Shown here: piece after piece, positions 48,700 to 52,214 of the stretch
Position numbering within the stretch: the stretch's first letter is position 1
Layout: every line of letters begins with the position of its first letter
Virus record (IMG/VR): IMGVR_UViG_3300031972_002079
Span: 1 to 52,214 of that record
Strand: one strand, 5' to 3'
From: a virus
Taxonomy: Duplodnaviria; Caudoviricetes
Length of the DNA: 52,214 nt
The notes under the pieces: generated by a model
Databases searched by the model: none
What the model was told of the DNA's origin: nothing
Seen by the model: only the letters and a program-made list of their open reading frames with translations
Program-made: the position numbers and the translations under genes

Positions 48700-48771
48700 G
48701 TTGAGAGGAATACCACTCAACTGCGGTGACTCCCTTGCTAGTTCAGAGTCAGCGGCGATAGGAACTAGCAA
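48700..48771 (+). ncRNA. Candidate structured 5' leader (hairpin plus pseudoknot)
   Basis: GTTGAG/CTCAAC; TGACTC/GAGTCA; loop TTGCTAGTTC pairs with downstream GAACTAGCAA. Confidence 0.5.
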
Positions 48772-48793
48772 CAAACACATTTTCATTTCTAAA

Positions 48794-49030
48794 ATGCAAC
48801 TCGTTGATTCTGCTGTTCAGGTTGATTATTTTCCAGTCGGAACAGGTAAGCGTTTTGTTCAACGTACAATCTGGCATCCTGGTGTTGAACAGGCAATGAC
48901 TTCATTCCGTACTGTGACTAAATCTGAAGCCATGTATGATGCACAACAACGAATCAATAATGGTTCGACAGTTGTTGATTTCAACCTAGAAGAATATGCT
49001 GGTTCTGATTATACTCCCATGTCTTGCTGA
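48794..49030 (+). CDS. Hypothetical early protein
   Basis: MQLVDSAVQVDYFPV... Confidence 0.7.
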   Translation: MQLVDSAVQVDYFPVGTGKRFVQRTIWHPGVEQAMTSFRTVTKSEAMYDAQQRINNGSTVVDFNLEEYAGSDYTPMSC

Positions 49031-49090
49031 TCTCTTAACTTCTAATCAACACACTGCAATGATGGCACGTCAATCAATCATCGAAACATT

Positions 49091-49252
49091 ATGAAAAACT
49101 ATCGTGTTCGTGTTGAAACTTATGATGGATGTGTTACCATCTGGTGGGAGAAATCAAAGGCAAAAACTGCCGACAAATTGATTCTCAATCGTGTCTACAA
49201 TCAACTTTGTGGATTGAATATCAAGGAAGTTTCTGTTACTCCTTCTGTCTGA
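49091..49252 (+). CDS. Small hypothetical protein (53 aa)
   Basis: MKNYRVRVETYDGCVTIWWEKS... Confidence 0.65.
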   Translation: MKNYRVRVETYDGCVTIWWEKSKAKTADKLILNRVYNQLCGLNIKEVSVTPSV

Positions 49253-49256
49253 AATC

Positions 49257-49538
49257 ATGAACTACACTCTCAAGCAACTTCAAGAACGAGTCAACAAACT
49301 TGTCGAACAACAGGGTGAAGATGCAGAATGTGCCGCATGGATTTATACCAAAGAAGATATACATGTAAAGGATGAAAATGGTGAGGTTGATTATGATCAT
49401 CAGGTAGAAAATCCTGCACTGATTGCACGTATCTTTGATGATGTAGGAAACATTGATTATATCTACACTGTGATTCAAGAGGCAGTGGATGAGGTCACAG
49501 AGGAGCAATTCATGTCATATCAGCAAGAGTTAGTTTGA
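49257..49538 (+). CDS. Hypothetical acidic protein
   Basis: MNYTLKQL...QQGEDAECAAWIYT. Confidence 0.7.
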   Translation: MNYTLKQLQERVNKLVEQQGEDAECAAWIYTKEDIHVKDENGEVDYDHQVENPALIARIFDDVGNIDYIYTVIQEAVDEVTEEQFMSYQQELV

Positions 49539-49726
49539 TGAAAGTACCATCACATGAAGAATTACTTCATCTTAAAATTCAGGCTGCAATGAGAGAAAAC
49601 TCTTTTCAAGATACTGAATTAAAATATCTTGGTGAACGGCAAGGTCATCATTGGTATTTGATTGATGGTCAGCATAAGGTGTCAACAAGTGAAATAGAAG
49701 GGTTTGAAAATGTCAATGAAGATTGA
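49538..49726 (+). CDS. Hypothetical protein
   Basis: LKIQAAMRE...KYLGE...HWYLI. Confidence 0.65.
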   Translation: MKVPSHEELLHLKIQAAMRENSFQDTELKYLGERQGHHWYLIDGQHKVSTSEIEGFENVNED

Positions 49727-49934
49727 TACGATTGGTAGAATTGTAGGATCATTTCTTGTGGTCACTGCATATTTCATCATCCTACATGTCAATCTCCAAT
49801 TAGGTGTGATTATGCAGTTCATTGGTGATGCAATCTCTGTGCCATTCTTTATTAGAACTAAGTCATGGGATGTAGTCATTATGCTTACATTTCTATTAAT
49901 CATTTCATCTTCTAAACTATTACCATCCATCTAA
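49716..49934 (+). CDS. Small multi-pass membrane protein
   Basis: RIVGSFLVVTAYF...SVPFFIRTKSWDVV. Confidence 0.7.
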   Translation: MKIDTIGRIVGSFLVVTAYFIILHVNLQLGVIMQFIGDAISVPFFIRTKSWDVVIMLTFLLIISSSKLLPSI

Positions 49935-50065
49935 TGAAGTTTACGACCTATTTCCTCTCTACAACAATTTTCATCATCATTAGTCTCACCACCTATCTGT
50001 TAGTACTGTCACATCAAATGGGTCAGATCAACTACCAAAATCATTCCATTCAAGGAACGTTATAA
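49934..50065 (+). CDS. Small membrane peptide (43 aa)
   Basis: TAATG overlap; single hydrophobic helix. Confidence 0.45.
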   Translation: MKFTTYFLSTTIFIIISLTTYLLVLSHQMGQINYQNHSIQGTL

Positions 50066-50088
50066 ATCATTATACACATATACATCAA

Positions 50089-50289
50089 ATGAATTATACT
50101 AAACAACAACTCATTGATGCACTCTGTCATGAATGGGATTATATTTGTCATGATGATCCTGATCCTGATGATGATACTCCAGAAGAATACAGACTTAAAC
50201 TTGAATGTTATTCATTAGATGAACTCATTGAAGAAACATCTACTGATGAATATTATACATTAGATGAATTCATGGAGAATCATGGATAA
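50089..50289 (+). CDS. Hypothetical acidic protein
   Basis: MNYTKQQLIDAL..EW.Y.CHDD. Confidence 0.7.
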   Translation: MNYTKQQLIDALCHEWDYICHDDPDPDDDTPEEYRLKLECYSLDELIEETSTDEYYTLDEFMENHG

Positions 50290-50551
50290 TAAAGAGAGGT
50301 TAAATCAACATAAAGAAGAACTCAGACTTCTTGGTATACAAATTAGATCTTTCCTTAATACATCTAATGATGTCATACAACAGTTAGATGAAGGTCTATT
50401 CGCAGAGAATACTAGCCAGAAAGAACGTTTATCTATTTGTTTTGAGTGTGATTCATATAATAAACGACGTGATTTATGTAAAGAATGTGGTTGTATTATG
50501 AGAATGAAAACTAAGTTAAATGCTGCTAAATGTCCATTACATAAATGGTAA
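50282..50551 (+). CDS. Cys-rich putative metal-binding protein
   Basis: R..IC..C...C..CGC...K......CP..KW. Confidence 0.75.
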   Translation: MDNKERLNQHKEELRLLGIQIRSFLNTSNDVIQQLDEGLFAENTSQKERLSICFECDSYNKRRDLCKECGCIMRMKTKLNAAKCPLHKW

Positions 50552-50905
50552 TTAAGAATACTAATCCATGGAACGTAAAACCTTGCAAATACTGTGGTTG
50601 TCTCCCACCTAAACATCATTGGAGACCTTATACGTGGATGTATAAACATCAAGAAAGTTGTAGTAAAAAACCTATTAAAGATAGTTAAAAAAAGGTTAAT
50701 TAAATATGGCTGGTTAAATTGTTTCTTATTGAGAATTGTTCTCTGGATACTATCCAATAATACCTCTCTAAATGTGTAGATAAACCTTTGAGAATGTGCT
50801 TACTAAGCACGTAGTAATGTGCGGAGTCGTTGTGAGTAAAGCCCGTTCTAACACAGGAAAGAGTCTTTGTCAACCCACAGATTTATCAGAATTTTCTCAG
50901 TAAGG

Positions 50906-51121
50906 TCTCGACTAGATATGCAACACTTATCATAGATCTCGACTAGATTCGCATATATACTGCTATAATCATTATATACAATCTCGACTAGATTCACATG
51001 TACGAAGATTTCGCACTAGACATCACTATCGAATCACACTATAAAGATCTCGACGAGAATGACACATGTGCATATGATCTCGACGAGGATTACGCACACA
51101 ACACATATGATCTAGTAGAGC
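50906..51121. repeat. Dispersed 11-bp quasi-palindromic repeats TCTCGAC(T/G)AG(A/G)
   Basis: Copies at 50906, 50937, 50982, 51048, 51078; inverted variant at 51111. Confidence 0.85.
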
Positions 51122-51144
51122 TTGCATATAAGCATTATGCATGA
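50998..51144 (+). CDS. Small acidic protein (48 aa)
   Basis: MYEDFALDITIESHYKDLDENDTCAYDLDEDY...; TGCTATAAT at 50961. Confidence 0.55.
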   Translation: MYEDFALDITIESHYKDLDENDTCAYDLDEDYAHNTYDLVELAYKHYA

Positions 51145-51172
51145 TATACTAGTACGAGATGCGCACCCACCC

Positions 51173-51349
51173 ATGGCACACGTAATGTCTGTTGCACACA
51201 AGCGTCAGGTACAGGTAACACTAGACATGTACGTGTATGATGACCTAGAGCTTCCACGTAATGATGATGAATGGGCAAAGCTATTAGGATTAGAAGGTGA
51301 TGAAGTTTTGTCTTCAAGTGTAATTAATATGCATGAAAATATGTTTTAG
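51173..51349 (+). CDS. Hypothetical protein
   Basis: VTLDMYVYDDL...W.KLLGLEGDE. Confidence 0.6.
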   Translation: MAHVMSVAHKRQVQVTLDMYVYDDLELPRNDDEWAKLLGLEGDEVLSSSVINMHENMF

Positions 51350-51380
51350 ATTATTAATAGTACATTTGTCAAGGGGCCCT

Positions 51381-51438
51381 GTGCCAGTTCGTGAAGTGTC
51401 ACAGTATCCCTTGAATTCTAATCCCGTTCTGGTAATGT
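51381..51438 (+). promoter_or_regulatory. Early promoter with upstream palindrome
   Basis: GTGCCAGTTCGTGAAGTGTCAC, TTGAAT(51411), TGGTAATGT. Confidence 0.6.
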
Positions 51439-51501
51439 AGCCATGTTCGGGATTTTTTCTTGAATATTGTTAACAACTCATTCGTCACTAAGTAACAATC
51501 A

Positions 51502-51696
51502 ATGACTGTCACTCAAGAAACATTTAATGCCTACATTCAGATTCTTGATGAGAACACCGAAAGCCAGGTAGATATTCTTAACGTGCTAAATGACATTGTT
51601 CGTGGAGATTGGGACAATTCAGTTAGTTATACTTTAGAGAACAATTCTGATCCAATGGATGACTTCAACTATGCGGGCAGTAAGTATCACTATTGA
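51502..51696 (+). CDS. Hypothetical early protein
   Basis: Ends DPMDDFNYAGSKYHY. Confidence 0.7.
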   Translation: MTVTQETFNAYIQILDENTESQVDILNVLNDIVRGDWDNSVSYTLENNSDPMDDFNYAGSKYHY

Positions 51697-51784
51697 GTGT
51701 GACGGTCGGCAAGGTGGCACAAGCCCTCTTGCTTTCTCCCTTCAGATCTGCCATTGTGGCCACATACCAAACAAATCCCTTCAA

Positions 51785-52039
51785 ATGCAACTCACAGCAC
51801 AGCACGCAAACATGGTTGTTGACTTCTATCCCGTCAAGTATGCTGATGGAAGTATCAGCGAGCGCCTGATGTATAAGACTGTGACATTCATGAATGACAT
51901 GCAATCTAAGTCTTACATCAACAAAGAATCATTTGAGAAAGAGGTTGACAATCGTGTTTATGGTTACAACTATGAAGTGACTGATATGCACACAGAACCA
52001 CAACTTTTCAACTCTGCACTGATTCAAACTCGCTGGTGA
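51785..52039 (+). CDS. Hypothetical early protein
   Basis: MQLTAQHANMVVDFYPV...; palindrome at 51699-51720 upstream. Confidence 0.7.
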   Translation: MQLTAQHANMVVDFYPVKYADGSISERLMYKTVTFMNDMQSKSYINKESFEKEVDNRVYGYNYEVTDMHTEPQLFNSALIQTRW

Positions 52040-52078
52040 TTTGTAACCCTTACTCATTCGTCACTAAGTAACATCATC

Positions 52079-52210
52079 ATGCGTATTGCACTCACTATTG
52101 TGATTCTTTTATTGGGGATCAAGTTGGGCTTAGAATTGGCAGACTCTCCCCTGAGAGACAGGTTAGAAGAAAGAAAGGAAACGATCCAACGCCAGATCGA
52201 TGCCATGTGA
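52079..52210 (+). CDS. Small membrane-anchored peptide (43 aa)
   Basis: MRIALTIVILLLGIKLG...; preceded by the 22-bp leader repeat. Confidence 0.6.
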   Translation: MRIALTIVILLLGIKLGLELADSPLRDRLEERKETIQRQIDAM

Positions 52211-52214
52211 CAGT

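Noticed and set aside
48700-48771. Known self-cleaving ribozyme
   Set aside because: No CUGANGA/GAAA hammerhead core, no room for HDV P3/L3, no twister or pistol consensus; kept as unassigned RNA
50594-50779. 61-aa GTG-start ORF
   Set aside because: No SD, low-complexity AT-rich sequence; more likely non-coding
50906-51121. Repeats as a CRISPR array
   Set aside because: Only 11 bp, irregular spacing (31, 45, 66, 30 bp), no cas genes

Overview
A 52-kb segment of a T4-like marine cyanomyophage genome (AT-rich, dense, mostly + strand). In order: (1) a metabolic-gene region (psbD 3' end, carbamoyltransferase, purC, purM, petE, truncated gnd-like gene, an NdhP-like micro-ORF, talC); (2) a tandem glutamine-II/Downstream-peptide-type RNA in front of a YRG-motif peptide; (3) core nucleotide/replication genes (glutaredoxin, thyX, phoH, exonuclease, gp33, gp32); (4) the baseplate/tail module (gp53, gp48, gp2-like, gp4, gp54-like, gp26/gp51, two tape-measure-slot proteins, hub, cp12, gp5, two tRNAs, two large fibre proteins); (5) an early/accessory region of small ORFs with sigma70 promoters preceded by a shared palindrome, a 2OG-Fe(II) oxygenase cluster and a repeat-rich, origin-like interval. 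Most notable: two apparently interlocking riboswitch aptamers, the second enclosing a whole ORF in its P2 stem; a probable -1 frameshift joining gp26 and gp51; a pseudoknotted early-gene leader; and a fibre tip with 17 HxH motifs. All family assignments come from recognising motifs by eye; no database searches were run.
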